Shown: piece after piece, positions 20,832 to 30,795 of the stretch | Position numbering within the stretch: position 1 is the first letter of the stretch | How the letters are laid out: each line of letters starts with the position of its first letter | Source of the DNA: Syntrophales bacterium | GTDB taxonomy: Bacteria > Desulfobacterota > Syntrophia > Syntrophales > UBA2185 | Length of the DNA: 37,350 nucleotides | Assembly (NCBI GenBank): GCA_035515335.1 | Contig: DATJBN010000253.1 | Span: 1 to 37,350 of the forward strand | Direction of reading: 5' to 3' | The notes under the pieces: model-generated | The model's input: the letters and a program-made list of their open reading frames with translations, nothing else | Databases searched by the model: none | What the model was told of the DNA's origin: nothing | Made by a program: the position numbers and the translations under genes

Positions 20832-22034
20832 ATGGCCGGTGCGGAACTTATAGGAAAAGAAGAGATTAAAGAGATCATGGATGTCATGGAAACGGGCATC
20901 CTCATGAGATACGGATTTGACAAGGAGAGGAAGGGCGTCTTCAAGGTTCGGGAATTTGAGGAGGCCTTCGCTAGGTACTGCGGTGCAAAATATGCCCTCG
21001 GTGTTACGTCGGGCTCCACGGCGCTTAAGGTGGCTTTAGCAGCGATGGATGTGGGACCCGGTGATGAGGTGATCGTTCCCGCCTTTACCTTTATCGCCAC
21101 ATACGAGGCGGTCTTAGACGTCGGGGCAATCCCGATTGCGGCAGATATCGATGAGAGCCTTAATCTCGATCCCAATGATATTAAGAAGAAGATCACACCT
21201 TACACGAAGGCCGTTATTCCCGTGCACATGTGCGGTGCACCGGCGCACATCGACAGGATCATGGATGTTGCAAGAAAGAATAAACTGCTTGTCCTCGAGG
21301 ATAACGCCCAGGCCTCGGGCGGAAGCCTGCGCGGGAAGAAACTCGGGACGTTTGGCGATATGGGCACCTTCAGCTTCGACTACTACAAGACCCTGACCAC
21401 AGGCGAAGGCGGCATGGTCATCTCCGATAACAAAGATTTCTATCTCCGCGCCGAGTGGTACCACGATCACGGTCACGACCACAATCCCAAGGTTAGCAGG
21501 GCCCTCGAAGGACGAACGATCATGGGATTCAATTACCGGATGAACGAACTCCAGGGTGCGGTAGGACTTGCCCAGCTCCGGAAGCTCGATACGATCATCG
21601 CGGAACAGAGAAAGAACAAGCAGGCGATCAAAGAGGTTTTCGCCAAGGTCAGGGGCGTCAAATTCAGGGACATCCCCGATCCCGCCGGCGACACGGCAAC
21701 CTTCCTCGCATTCAACCTGCCCGATGAAGATACGGCGGGACATTTTCAGAAGGCCCTCTCCGCAGCAGGGGTCGATACGGTGTGCTTCAAGAAGAACCTC
21801 TGGCACTATCTACCCAACTGGGAGCACTTCCTGGCGCGTTCGACGGCGAACTCGAAGAAATATCCCTTCATGGACCCTTCGTATAAGGGAAAGGCGCGCT
21901 ACGACAGGGCGGCGATTCCGAAGGCGGAGGATATCTTAGGAAGGACGCTGGTGATGAATATCTCGGTCAAGATGCCGGAAGAAAAATTCGCAAACATCAA
22001 GGCAGGCATAGAGAAGGCGGCGAAAAGCCTTTAG
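20832..22034 (+). CDS. DegT/DnrJ/EryC1/StrS-family PLP-dependent sugar aminotransferase
   Basis: GVTSGSTALKVALAAMDVGPGDEVIVPAFTFIAT, VLEDNAQASGG, FSFDYYKTLTTGEGG (PLP lysine) and YHDHGHDH. ATG at 20832 follows GGAGGA; ATG at 20820 is an alternative. Confidence 0.85.
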   Translation: MAGAELIGKEEIKEIMDVMETGILMRYGFDKERKGVFKVREFEEAFARYCGAKYALGVTSGSTALKVALAAMDVGPGDEVIVPAFTFIATYEAVLDVGAIPIAADIDESLNLDPNDIKKKITPYTKAVIPVHMCGAPAHIDRIMDVARKNKLLVLEDNAQASGGSLRGKKLGTFGDMGTFSFDYYKTLTTGEGGMVISDNKDFYLRAEWYHDHGHDHNPKVSRALEGRTIMGFNYRMNELQGAVGLAQLRKLDTIIAEQRKNKQAIKEVFAKVRGVKFRDIPDPAGDTATFLAFNLPDEDTAGHFQKALSAAGVDTVCFKKNLWHYLPNWEHFLARSTANSKKYPFMDPSYKGKARYDRAAIPKAEDILGRTLVMNISVKMPEEKFANIKAGIEKAAKSL

Positions 22035-22043
22035 GGAGTGTCT

Positions 22044-23015
22044 ATGATTGTTGTCACGGGCGGGGCCGGATTCATCGGGAGCGCATTTGTCTGGAAGCTA
22101 AACCAAGAAGGCATCGATGACATCCTGATCGTTGACGAACTCGGGGAGTCGGACAAATGGAAGAACCTCGTCAACCGGCGCTACGCAGAGCACATTCATA
22201 AAGACATTTTTTTGAGGATGGTACGGAACGGACAGGTGCCAGTGACGCCGCGTGCAATCATCCACATGGGCGCCTGTTCGTCGACAACGGAACGCAATGC
22301 TGACTATCTGATGGAGAACAACTACCACTACACATGCCGTCTTGCGGAGTGGGCCCTTGAGAAAAATGTCCGCTTCATCTATGCGAGCTCCGCAGCGACA
22401 TACGGCGACGGCTCGCGCGGGTTTTCCGACGACGCCGCCGTCATGTCAACCCTCAGGCCGCTCAACATGTACGGTTATTCGAAGCAGGTCTTTGACCTCT
22501 GGATGCTCAGGCAGAAGGCAGAGAAGCATATCGCGGGGATAAAATTCTTCAATGTCTTCGGCCCCAATGAATATCACAAGGGCGATATGAGGAGCGTCGT
22601 ACACAAGGCCTTTGAACAGGCGAGGGCCGTGGGGAAGGTCCGGCTCTTCAAGTCGTACAAGCCTGAATACGCGGATGGCGGCCAGATGCGCGACTTTGTT
22701 TACGTGAAGGATTGTGTTGAGGCGATGTGGTGGCTCCTTGAACATCCGGAGGCAAACGGGATATTCAACCTCGGGACAGGCAAGGCCCGCACCTGGAATG
22801 ACCTTGTAAACTCCGTTTTTGCAGCCATGAAGGCAAAACCAAAGATAGAATATTTCGATATGCCCCAAGATATCAGGGATCAATACCAGTATCTCACAGA
22901 GGCAAAGATGGAAAAACTCCGGGCCGCAGGATGCCCAGTGAAGTTCCGTCCGCTTGAAGATGCCGTGTGCGACTATGTTGCAAACTATTTAATGAAGCCC
23001 GACCCCTATCTATGA
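22044..23015 (+). CDS. hldD: ADP-L-glycero-D-manno-heptose 6-epimerase
   Basis: MIVVTGGAGFIGSAFVWKLNQEG..ILIVDEL, SSAATYG, YGYSK and FFNVFGPNEYHKGDMRSVV are typical HldD/RfaD motifs. Confidence 0.9.
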   Translation: MIVVTGGAGFIGSAFVWKLNQEGIDDILIVDELGESDKWKNLVNRRYAEHIHKDIFLRMVRNGQVPVTPRAIIHMGACSSTTERNADYLMENNYHYTCRLAEWALEKNVRFIYASSAATYGDGSRGFSDDAAVMSTLRPLNMYGYSKQVFDLWMLRQKAEKHIAGIKFFNVFGPNEYHKGDMRSVVHKAFEQARAVGKVRLFKSYKPEYADGGQMRDFVYVKDCVEAMWWLLEHPEANGIFNLGTGKARTWNDLVNSVFAAMKAKPKIEYFDMPQDIRDQYQYLTEAKMEKLRAAGCPVKFRPLEDAVCDYVANYLMKPDPYL

Positions 23016-23755
23016 AAGTCGTCTGCATCATTCCCGCCCGTTATGCATCCACCCGCTTTCCCGGGAAGGCACTTGCGGATCTCCTGGGTAAACCGATGAT
23101 CCAGCACGTGTACGAGCGCGTGCTCAAATCAAAGAGCGTATCCTTCGCCGCCGTGGCAACGGATGACAAGAGGATAAAGGCCGCTGTCGAGGGATTCGGC
23201 GGTCGCGCCGTCATGACGGCAGCGGAACACAGGTCGGGAACGGACCGCACCGCCGAGGCCGTTTCCGGACTTGATCTTGCCGATTCGGATGTAGTGGTCA
23301 ACATCCAGGGTGATCAGCCCCTCTTTGAAGCTTCCCAGATCGATGAGGTGGCAGAGCCGCTTCTGGAAGATGCTTCTCTTGCCATGTCCACACTCATTTA
23401 CAGGATCGTGAGGGAAGAGGAGATTACCCACCCGAATGCGGTCAAGGTTGTCTTTGATGCGGATCATTTTGCACTCTATTTTTCGCGTGCAACGGTTCCG
23501 CATGTCCGCGACAAGGGGGCCAGAGTGGCGTATTACAAGCATCACGGCATCTATGCATACAGACGGGCCTTTCTCAAGGTGTTTACAAAACTTCCCGAAG
23601 GGGTTCTCGAGAAAGTGGAAGCGCTCGAACAGTTAAGGGCGCTCGAACACGGTTACAGGATAAAGGTCGTGGAGACGCCTTATGATTCGGTAGAAGTCGA
23701 CACCCGGGAGGAGCTGGAACGGGTGAAGAAAATTCTTATGGCGAAAGGAGCGTAG
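23012..23755 (+). CDS. kdsB: 3-deoxy-manno-octulosonate cytidylyltransferase (CMP-Kdo synthetase)
   Basis: MKVVCIIPARYASTRFPGKALADLLGKPMIQHVYER ... NIQGDQPL ... LEQLRALEHGYRI. ATGA overlap with the hldD stop. Confidence 0.92.
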   Translation: MKVVCIIPARYASTRFPGKALADLLGKPMIQHVYERVLKSKSVSFAAVATDDKRIKAAVEGFGGRAVMTAAEHRSGTDRTAEAVSGLDLADSDVVVNIQGDQPLFEASQIDEVAEPLLEDASLAMSTLIYRIVREEEITHPNAVKVVFDADHFALYFSRATVPHVRDKGARVAYYKHHGIYAYRRAFLKVFTKLPEGVLEKVEALEQLRALEHGYRIKVVETPYDSVEVDTREELERVKKILMAKGA

Positions 23756-23768
23756 ATCAGGAAACAGG

Positions 23769-24704
23769 ATGATAGACCCTGAGTATTTGAAAAAGATAAG
23801 ACTTGTGACATCACCCATGGGCCAACGCATCGTCGCCGCCTTCTTGCTTTTTCCCAACTACAGAATATTTGCGAACGTTGACATAGAGGTCGAAAATATC
23901 GAGCGCATCCCGCGGGATGAAAACGTGATCTTTGCCATGAATCACACGGACCGTTACAACTACTGGCCCTTCCAGTACAAGCTCTGGAGCATGAACTGTT
24001 TTTCTTACACTACCGTATGGGTGAAGGGCAAGTACTACAGGAACGCTGCCCTTGCCAAATGCCTCGACTTCTGCAATCTCATCCCTGTTCCCTCGATGGG
24101 ATACCTGATCGAGGAATATTACAAGAAGAAATTCAAAGGGCGGCTAGACCGCAATCTATACAGGTCGATCAAGGACATCATTGACGGCAAGTACGAAAGC
24201 ATAGAGGCCTACCCGAGGAAAGCGGCGGAGGTTATCAATGCCTTGGGCGAGCAGTTCGTGGACTTTCTGAAGGCCCAGTACGATCTCATCATGGAGCGTG
24301 TGGCGGAGCTTAGCAGAACAGCCTTGTCTGAAAAGAATCTCAACCTCATCATATTCCCCGAAGGCACGAGAGGCACCCAGCTGGGAGAGGGGAAAACCGG
24401 AATTGCACAGCTTGCCCTGGCTACCGGAAAGAGGATCATTCCCGTGGGCTGCAACAATTCGGATGAGGTGTATACGGGAACGCTGCCGTTCGCGAGAAGC
24501 GGCAGGATCGTCTATCGCGTGGGGGAGCCGCTATCTCTCGACAATCAACTGCGCGAATATGCGATCAGTGAACCGTTCACACTCTTCTCCAAGGAATCGC
24601 AGCGGAAATACAAGAGACAGTTCGACGAGGTGACCAGAATCGTCATGGAAAATATCAACAAGCTCCTCGATGAGAAGTACAGGAGCACCTTCGCCAGCCC
24701 CTGA
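23769..24704 (+). CDS. Lysophospholipid/glycerolipid acyltransferase (PlsC-like) family protein
   Basis: VIFAMNHTDRYNYW (HX4D-block position, reading H-T-D-R-Y-N here) and IIFPEGTRG (block III). Confidence 0.7.
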   Translation: MIDPEYLKKIRLVTSPMGQRIVAAFLLFPNYRIFANVDIEVENIERIPRDENVIFAMNHTDRYNYWPFQYKLWSMNCFSYTTVWVKGKYYRNAALAKCLDFCNLIPVPSMGYLIEEYYKKKFKGRLDRNLYRSIKDIIDGKYESIEAYPRKAAEVINALGEQFVDFLKAQYDLIMERVAELSRTALSEKNLNLIIFPEGTRGTQLGEGKTGIAQLALATGKRIIPVGCNNSDEVYTGTLPFARSGRIVYRVGEPLSLDNQLREYAISEPFTLFSKESQRKYKRQFDEVTRIVMENINKLLDEKYRSTFASP

Positions 24705-24712
24705 CCCCCTTG

Positions 24713-24838
24713 ATGGGCGTTCTCGAACCAGATGGCTATCTCGTCATCGGTTCAACTGAATCACTCACCGGCCTCAATGTACCCTTCGAACCGAGGCGTT
24801 ATCTCCGGTCGATATTCTATCAGACAAGAGGTCGTTGA
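24713..24838 (+). pseudogene. Relic of the C-terminal end of a CheR-type methyltransferase gene
   Basis: This frame translates as MGVLEPDGYLVIGSTESLTGLNVPFEPRRYLRSIFYQTRGR*, which resembles the conserved CheR C-terminus (L.PGG.L..G.SESL......F.......Y(R/Q)K). No upstream CheR body exists; an in-frame stop lies at 24671-24673. Confidence 0.35.
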
Positions 24839-24956
24839 TAGTCATTGTCATGCCGCAGGCATCGCGGCGGGGATAACTACGGACTTGCCTTCATCGAATC
24901 TTGACGCTATAGTCTTCGCCACGTCACACAACTCGCTTGACCCACAGGAGGCAGAA

Positions 24957-25361
24957 ATGAGTGCCATCGCCGTCATTCAGGAACTGATCAAACCTTTATT
25001 CCCCGGTCTGATGGGGATGGAACTAGCCGAGGTTGCACCCGACAAGGTCGTTGCCACCATGATGGTTCGTCCGGACCTCTGTACGGTGGGTGAGATTCTC
25101 CACGGCGGCGCGCTGATGGCCTTTGCAGACACTTTGGGCGGCATTGCCACATTTATCAATCTTGCGAACGGCACGCGCACAACTACCATCGAATCGAAGA
25201 CCAACTTCCTGGGGGCAATGCCTGTCGGCACCCTAATCACCGGCGAGTGCACGCCCCTGCATCGCGGCAAGACGACAATGGTTTGGCAAACGCTCGTGAA
25301 ATCCGAAAATGGAAAACTCTGCGCAATCGTAATCCAGACCCAGGCCGTCCTCTCCGTGTAG
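24957..25361 (+). CDS. PaaI/YbgC-like hotdog-fold thioesterase
   Basis: GMELAEVAPDKVVATMMVRPDLCTVGEILHGGALMAFADTLGG ... HRGKTTMVWQTLV. ATG at 24957 follows AGGAGG. The 209-aa track ORF is an N-terminal over-extension. Confidence 0.8.
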   Translation: MSAIAVIQELIKPLFPGLMGMELAEVAPDKVVATMMVRPDLCTVGEILHGGALMAFADTLGGIATFINLANGTRTTTIESKTNFLGAMPVGTLITGECTPLHRGKTTMVWQTLVKSENGKLCAIVIQTQAVLSV

Positions 25362-25380
25362 GTAAGTCGTCTGACAAAAA

Positions 25381-25413
25381 AAGAGCGCCCACTGTAGTTA
25401 AATGGACGCTCTT
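25381..25413. terminator. Bidirectional intrinsic terminator between the convergent thioesterase and ilvD genes
   Basis: Stem aagagcgccca / tggacgctctt (one C/A mismatch) with an 11-nt loop. It is flanked by A7 on the plus strand (T7 after the stem on the minus strand, so strongest for ilvD) and by tcttctt on the plus side. Confidence 0.6.
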
Positions 25414-25445
25414 CTTAACAAGACGAATGCTCGTCAGACGGTTCG

Positions 25446-27107
<1,662 letters not shown>

Positions 27108-27150
27108 GCTTACCTCCTTTGGTCTTATGTTAAGCGGTCTGCCGTGATAC

Positions 27151-28197
27151 TTATTTCTTTCTTCTCTCCGGCCGGAGCGATCGAACAACCGCCCCAGCCT
27201 GCCACATCTCGCTATTTCTCATCGTGTCGAGTTCCTTCTGCAGCTTCTCGCGGTAATCGGGCATGGAGTTCACTTTGAGAACGATGGCCGTCTCCTTGCC
27301 GGATGCTACTCTGTCATACAGTTCATCGAATACAGGGGCAACGGCATCGCGGAATTTGTTCTTCCAGTCCAAGGCGCCCCTCTGGGCGGTGGTACTGCAA
27401 TTGGCATACATCCAGTCCATGCCGTTCTGCGCGACAAGCGGCATCAGGCTCTGGGTCAACTCTTCAACAGTTTCATTGAACGCCTCGCTGGGGCTGTGGC
27501 CGTGCTTGCGTAGTACATTGTACTGAGCCTCAAGGACACCGGCGAGACAGCCCATGAGGACGCCCCGCTCGCCCGTGAGGTCGCTGTAAACCTCCTGTTC
27601 GAACGTGGTGGGGAAGAGATACCCCGATCCTATAGCGATGCCCACGGCAAGCGCCTTTTCGAGAGCCTTCCCTGTGGCATCCTGGAACACGGCGTAGCTG
27701 GAATTTATACCGCTTCCGGCGAGAAAATTATCCCGCACCGTACGTCCCGCCCCTTTCGGCGCCACCATGATGACGTCGATGTCGGCAGGAGGGATGACAC
27801 CGGTCTGATCCTTATAGACGATCGAGAATCCGTGAGAAAAATAGAGCGCCTTTCCTTTTGTCAGGTATTTTTTCAGCTCCGGCCACATGGCCTTCTGGTC
27901 TGCGTCTGACATCAGATACTGGATGATTGTGCCGCGTTTAGCCGCTTCGAAAGGAGGAAAGAGGGTCTCTCCCGGCTTGAAACCTTCGTCAATGGCCTTC
28001 TGCCAGTTGTAGGCTCCTTCGCCGACGACGCACCGTATTCCGTTATCTCTCATGTTCAATGCCTGGCCGCGTCCCTGTACGCCGTACCCTATGACGGCGA
28101 CCGTCTCGTCCTTGAGCACCTTCTGTGCCTTCTGTAGCGTGAACTCCTCCGAAGTGACAACCTCTTCCATGATCCCGCCGATGTTGATCTTAGGCAT
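27151..28197 (-). CDS. ilvC: Ketol-acid reductoisomerase (class I)
   Basis: [22 protein letters not shown] (NADPH-binding), [10 protein letters not shown], and the knotted C-terminal domain [12 protein letters not shown]. Confidence 0.93.
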   Translation of the reverse strand: MPKINIGGIMEEVVTSEEFTLQKAQKVLKDETVAVIGYGVQGRGQALNMRDNGIRCVVGEGAYNWQKAIDEGFKPGETLFPPFEAAKRGTIIQYLMSDADQKAMWPELKKYLTKGKALYFSHGFSIVYKDQTGVIPPADIDVIMVAPKGAGRTVRDNFLAGSGINSSYAVFQDATGKALEKALAVGIAIGSGYLFPTTFEQEVYSDLTGERGVLMGCLAGVLEAQYNVLRKHGHSPSEAFNETVEELTQSLMPLVAQNGMDWMYANCSTTAQRGALDWKNKFRDAVAPVFDELYDRVASGKETAIVLKVNSMPDYREKLQKELDTMRNSEMWQAGAVVRSLRPERRKK

Positions 28198-28268
28198 ATC
28201 CGTACCTCCTCATTTTATGAATTGCTTTCTTAGAATATTATAGAGCGCGCCGTGATTTCCATGTTTAT

Positions 28269-28751
28269 CTATTTACGTTCGACGGCGACAACACCCGTTC
28301 TTGTGAAATCATCCATACCCATCTTTTCCAAGAGGGCAAGGGCATCGTCGATCTCCTTCTTGCCGCCTGTTACCTCGAGTATGCAGGCGTCGGCATCCAT
28401 GTTTATTACCTTCCATTTCAGCGTGTCGACGGTTTGCATGATTTTCACCTGATTCTCATCGGAGAGCTTCATCCGCACAAGAACCATTTCCCTGCAGGCC
28501 GCATTGGCCCGCGTCAAGTCTTTCACGTCAAGGACATCAATCAACTTTGTCAGCTGTTTCTCAAGCTTGATGACCGTTTCCTTGGAGCCAAGGGTCGTGA
28601 TGATGATCCTCGTTACCTCCGGGTTCCTCGTGATATTTGCCGAGATGCTCTCGATATTGAACCCGCGCCCGCTGAAGGTTCCGGCGATCCTTGCCAGAAC
28701 GTCAGGCCTGTTGTTCACCAGAATAGAAATCGTGTTCTCCCGCACTTCCAT
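28269..28751 (-). CDS. ilvN: Acetolactate synthase small (regulatory) subunit, copy 1
   Basis: MEVRENTISILVNNRPDVLARIAGTFSGRGFNIESISANITRNPEVTRIIITT (ACT domain of the AHAS small subunit). ATG at 28751 follows AAGGA; GTG at 28781 is an alternative. Confidence 0.9.
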   Translation of the reverse strand: MEVRENTISILVNNRPDVLARIAGTFSGRGFNIESISANITRNPEVTRIIITTLGSKETVIKLEKQLTKLIDVLDVKDLTRANAACREMVLVRMKLSDENQVKIMQTVDTLKWKVINMDADACILEVTGGKKEIDDALALLEKMGMDDFTRTGVVAVERK

Positions 28752-28784
28752 AATCCTTATCACCTCACCGTAATATTTCACAAC

Positions 28785-30479
28785 CTATGTTATTTTGTTC
28801 AAGACCATGTCCGTGATCGCCGCACCCGGAGACACCATCGGATACACGCCCTCTTCGGGTTCGACATGAAAATCCATGATGACAGTCTTTGGCGTCTCGA
28901 GGCCTTTTTTCAAAGTCGTCTCGACCTCTCCGGGCCGCGTCGCGCGAAGGCCCACGGCGCCGTATGCCTCGGCAAGTTTCACGAAATCGGGCACATTGGC
29001 TATATCGCTGTGGGAGTATCGTTTCCCGTAAAAGAGCTCCTGCCACTGGCGGACCATACCGAGGAATCCGTTGTTCAAGATCACGATCTTGACAGGAAGA
29101 CCATAGTTGACGGCCGTGGCCAGCTCCTGGATGTTCATCTGGATGCTGCCATCCCCGGCGATATCGACCACGACCTTGTCCGGCCGGGCAACCTGCGCTC
29201 CAATTGCAGCCGGGAATCCGTATCCCATTGTCCCCAGTCCGCCCGATGATATGAATGAATTGGGATAATCGAAGTGATAGAACTGTGCCGCCCACATCTG
29301 ATTCTGTCCCACTTCTGTCGAGATGATCGCCTCGCCCTTCGTGAGACGGAAAAGGGTTTCCACGACGAACTGGGGCTTGATCCTGTCCGCCTGGCAGTAT
29401 GTGAGGGGTGCGAATTTCTTCCACTTGTCTATCTGCTCGATCCACGCCTTTGTCTGTTCGTCTGGGATTGAAAAGTCCTTATCGTCCATCCATTCGTTGA
29501 GGAGCGCGAGCACCGGCTTGCAGTCGCTCGCTATCGACAGGTGCGACTTCACAAACTTGTCGATGGATGCGGGATCGATGTCGATGTGCAGCACCTTCGC
29601 GTGTGGGGCAAAGGCGTCGAGTCTCGATGTAACGCGATCGTCAAACCTTACTCCGAGCGCGATCAGGAGGTCGCAGTTGCTGATTGCCATGTTGGCGTAA
29701 TAAGTGCCGTGCATCCCCGGCATGCCGAGCCAGCGCGGATCGGAGGCGGGAAATGCCCCGAGGCCCATGAGGGTCGAGGTGATGGGGACGTTGAGCTTCT
29801 TAACGAATGTCCGGAGCTTATCGGACGCACGCCCGAGGAGCACGCCTCCGCCCGAAATGACAAGAGGCCTCCTGGCCTGCCTTATCATGTCGAGTGCCTT
29901 CACACAGTCTTCCGCGATGGAGACCGACCTGTGGTTGTTATTGAGACTCGACTCATACGATACGTCCGTCTCCTCGATCGTAGCCCTCGTGACGTCCTTG
30001 GGAATGTCGATGAGTACAGGACCGGGACGCCCTGACCGTGCGATCTCGAACGCTTCTCTTACGGTGCGCCCCATGTCACTGATCTTTCTCACGAGGAAAT
30101 TATGCTTCGTGCATGGTCTTGTGATGCCGGTGATATCGACTTCCTGGAAGGCATCGCCGCCGATGAGAGAGGTAGCCACCTGACCGGTTAGCACTACTAC
30201 CGGAATGGAATCCATAAAAGCATTAGCGATACCGGTCACCGTGTTAGTCGCCCCGGGGCCGGAGGTAACAAGGCATACGCCGACCTTGCCCGAAACTCTC
30301 GCATATCCGTCCGCCGCGTGTATTGCACCTTGTTCATGGCGGACAAGAATGTTCCTGATCTTTCTCCTGTATAGTTCATCAAAGATGTCGAGCACGGCCC
30401 CGCCGGGAAAACCGAAGATCGTGTCAACATTCTCCTGCTGCAAGGCATCGAAAAGGACTTGCGCTCCTGTTAATTTCAC
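28785..30479 (-). CDS. ilvB: Acetolactate synthase large (catalytic) subunit, copy 1
   Basis: MKLTGAQVLFDALQQENVDTIFGFPGGAVLDIFD, HEQGAIHAADGYARVSGKVGVCLVTSGPGATNTVTGIANAFMDSIP, and the ThDP motif GDGSIQMNIQELATAVNYGLPVKIVILNN. GTG start at 30479. Confidence 0.95.
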   Translation of the reverse strand: MKLTGAQVLFDALQQENVDTIFGFPGGAVLDIFDELYRRKIRNILVRHEQGAIHAADGYARVSGKVGVCLVTSGPGATNTVTGIANAFMDSIPVVVLTGQVATSLIGGDAFQEVDITGITRPCTKHNFLVRKISDMGRTVREAFEIARSGRPGPVLIDIPKDVTRATIEETDVSYESSLNNNHRSVSIAEDCVKALDMIRQARRPLVISGGGVLLGRASDKLRTFVKKLNVPITSTLMGLGAFPASDPRWLGMPGMHGTYYANMAISNCDLLIALGVRFDDRVTSRLDAFAPHAKVLHIDIDPASIDKFVKSHLSIASDCKPVLALLNEWMDDKDFSIPDEQTKAWIEQIDKWKKFAPLTYCQADRIKPQFVVETLFRLTKGEAIISTEVGQNQMWAAQFYHFDYPNSFISSGGLGTMGYGFPAAIGAQVARPDKVVVDIAGDGSIQMNIQELATAVNYGLPVKIVILNNGFLGMVRQWQELFYGKRYSHSDIANVPDFVKLAEAYGAVGLRATRPGEVETTLKKGLETPKTVIMDFHVEPEEGVYPMVSPGAAITDMVLNKIT

Positions 30480-30574
30480 TGTTCCCTACCCCCTTATTTG
30501 TATCCGCTCCGCAAACGCCTTTTTTGCCCGGCAAGACATGGAAATTCCCCCGCGTGACGCAGGCGGATATTTCT

Positions 30575-30613
30575 CCCAAAAAAAAGACCGTTACCTCTGG
30601 CTGGTAACGGTCT
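30575..30613 (-). terminator. Intrinsic terminator/attenuator hairpin in the leader of ilvB copy 1
   Basis: The minus strand reads aaaaGACCGTTACCagccagaGGTAACGGTCtttttttt: a 10-bp GC-containing stem, a 7-nt loop and a T8 tail. It lies about 95 nt upstream of the ilvB GTG and 34 nt downstream of the Ile-rich leader ORF. Confidence 0.7.
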
Positions 30614-30646
30614 TTTAAGTGTAAGCTATGTGCTAAACGCAAACCA

Positions 30647-30724
30647 TCATCCAGCCCCCTTATGGAAGGGAATGATTATCCCGATGATAATTATGATGAT
30701 ATTTGCGACGCTAAATGTGCCCAT
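30647..30724 (-). CDS. Isoleucine-rich leader peptide (25 aa) of an ilv attenuator
   Basis: Codon-by-codon minus-strand translation gives MGTFSVANIIIIIIGIIIPFHKGAG*, with 9 Ile codons including six consecutive (ATC ATC ATA ATT ATC ATC). It sits between a promoter-like element and the terminator hairpin, directly upstream of ilvBN-ilvC-ilvD. Confidence 0.6.
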   Translation of the reverse strand: MGTFSVANIIIIIIGIIIPFHKGAG

Positions 30725-30749
30725 AAAGTTTCCGATCACTAATTTTCTT

Positions 30750-30778
30750 TTTTTAACAGGCTCTCACTATGTTGTCAA
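30750..30778 (-). promoter_or_regulatory. Candidate sigma70-type promoter for the Ile-leader/ilvBNCD transcript
   Basis: The minus strand reads TTGACA-acatagtgagagcctgt-TAAAAA (perfect -35, 17-nt spacer, 4/6 -10). It starts 18 nt after the stop of the upstream ilvN copy 2. Confidence 0.45.
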
Positions 30779-30795
30779 GGATATTTTCTAACTCT

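Noticed and set aside
21114-21806. 230-aa minus-strand ORF
   Set aside because: It is antisense to the DegT-family aminotransferase. This is a shadow ORF.
24732-24956. N-terminal 75-aa extension of the thioesterase ORF (track ORF 24732..25361)
   Set aside because: The hotdog domain begins at the ATG at 24957, which has a strong AGGAGG site. The extension has no similarity to anything I recognise and overlaps the CheR-like relic in another frame. The same reasoning applies to the upstream extensions of the ORFs starting at 2691, 4045, 5382, 22967 and 27188.
25368-25440. Outer 8-bp inverted repeat cgtctgac / gtcagacg enclosing the convergent terminator
   Set aside because: The arms are 57 nt apart and short. 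This is adequately explained as chance or as a minor extension of the terminator region. It occurs only once in this window, so it is not a repeat-family element.
28519-28534. parS-like sequence tctttcacgtcaagga
   Set aside because: It matches the TGTTTCACGTGAAACA consensus at only about 12 of 16 positions. It is inside ilvN and far from parAB. I found no better parS candidate in the window, including the rsmG-parA spacer (17909-17997), where aaaacacgtttgttt shares only the central ACGTG.
28434-29249. 271-aa plus-strand ORF
   Set aside because: It is antisense to the ilvN/ilvB copy 1 junction. It has no motifs and overlaps two well-supported genes.
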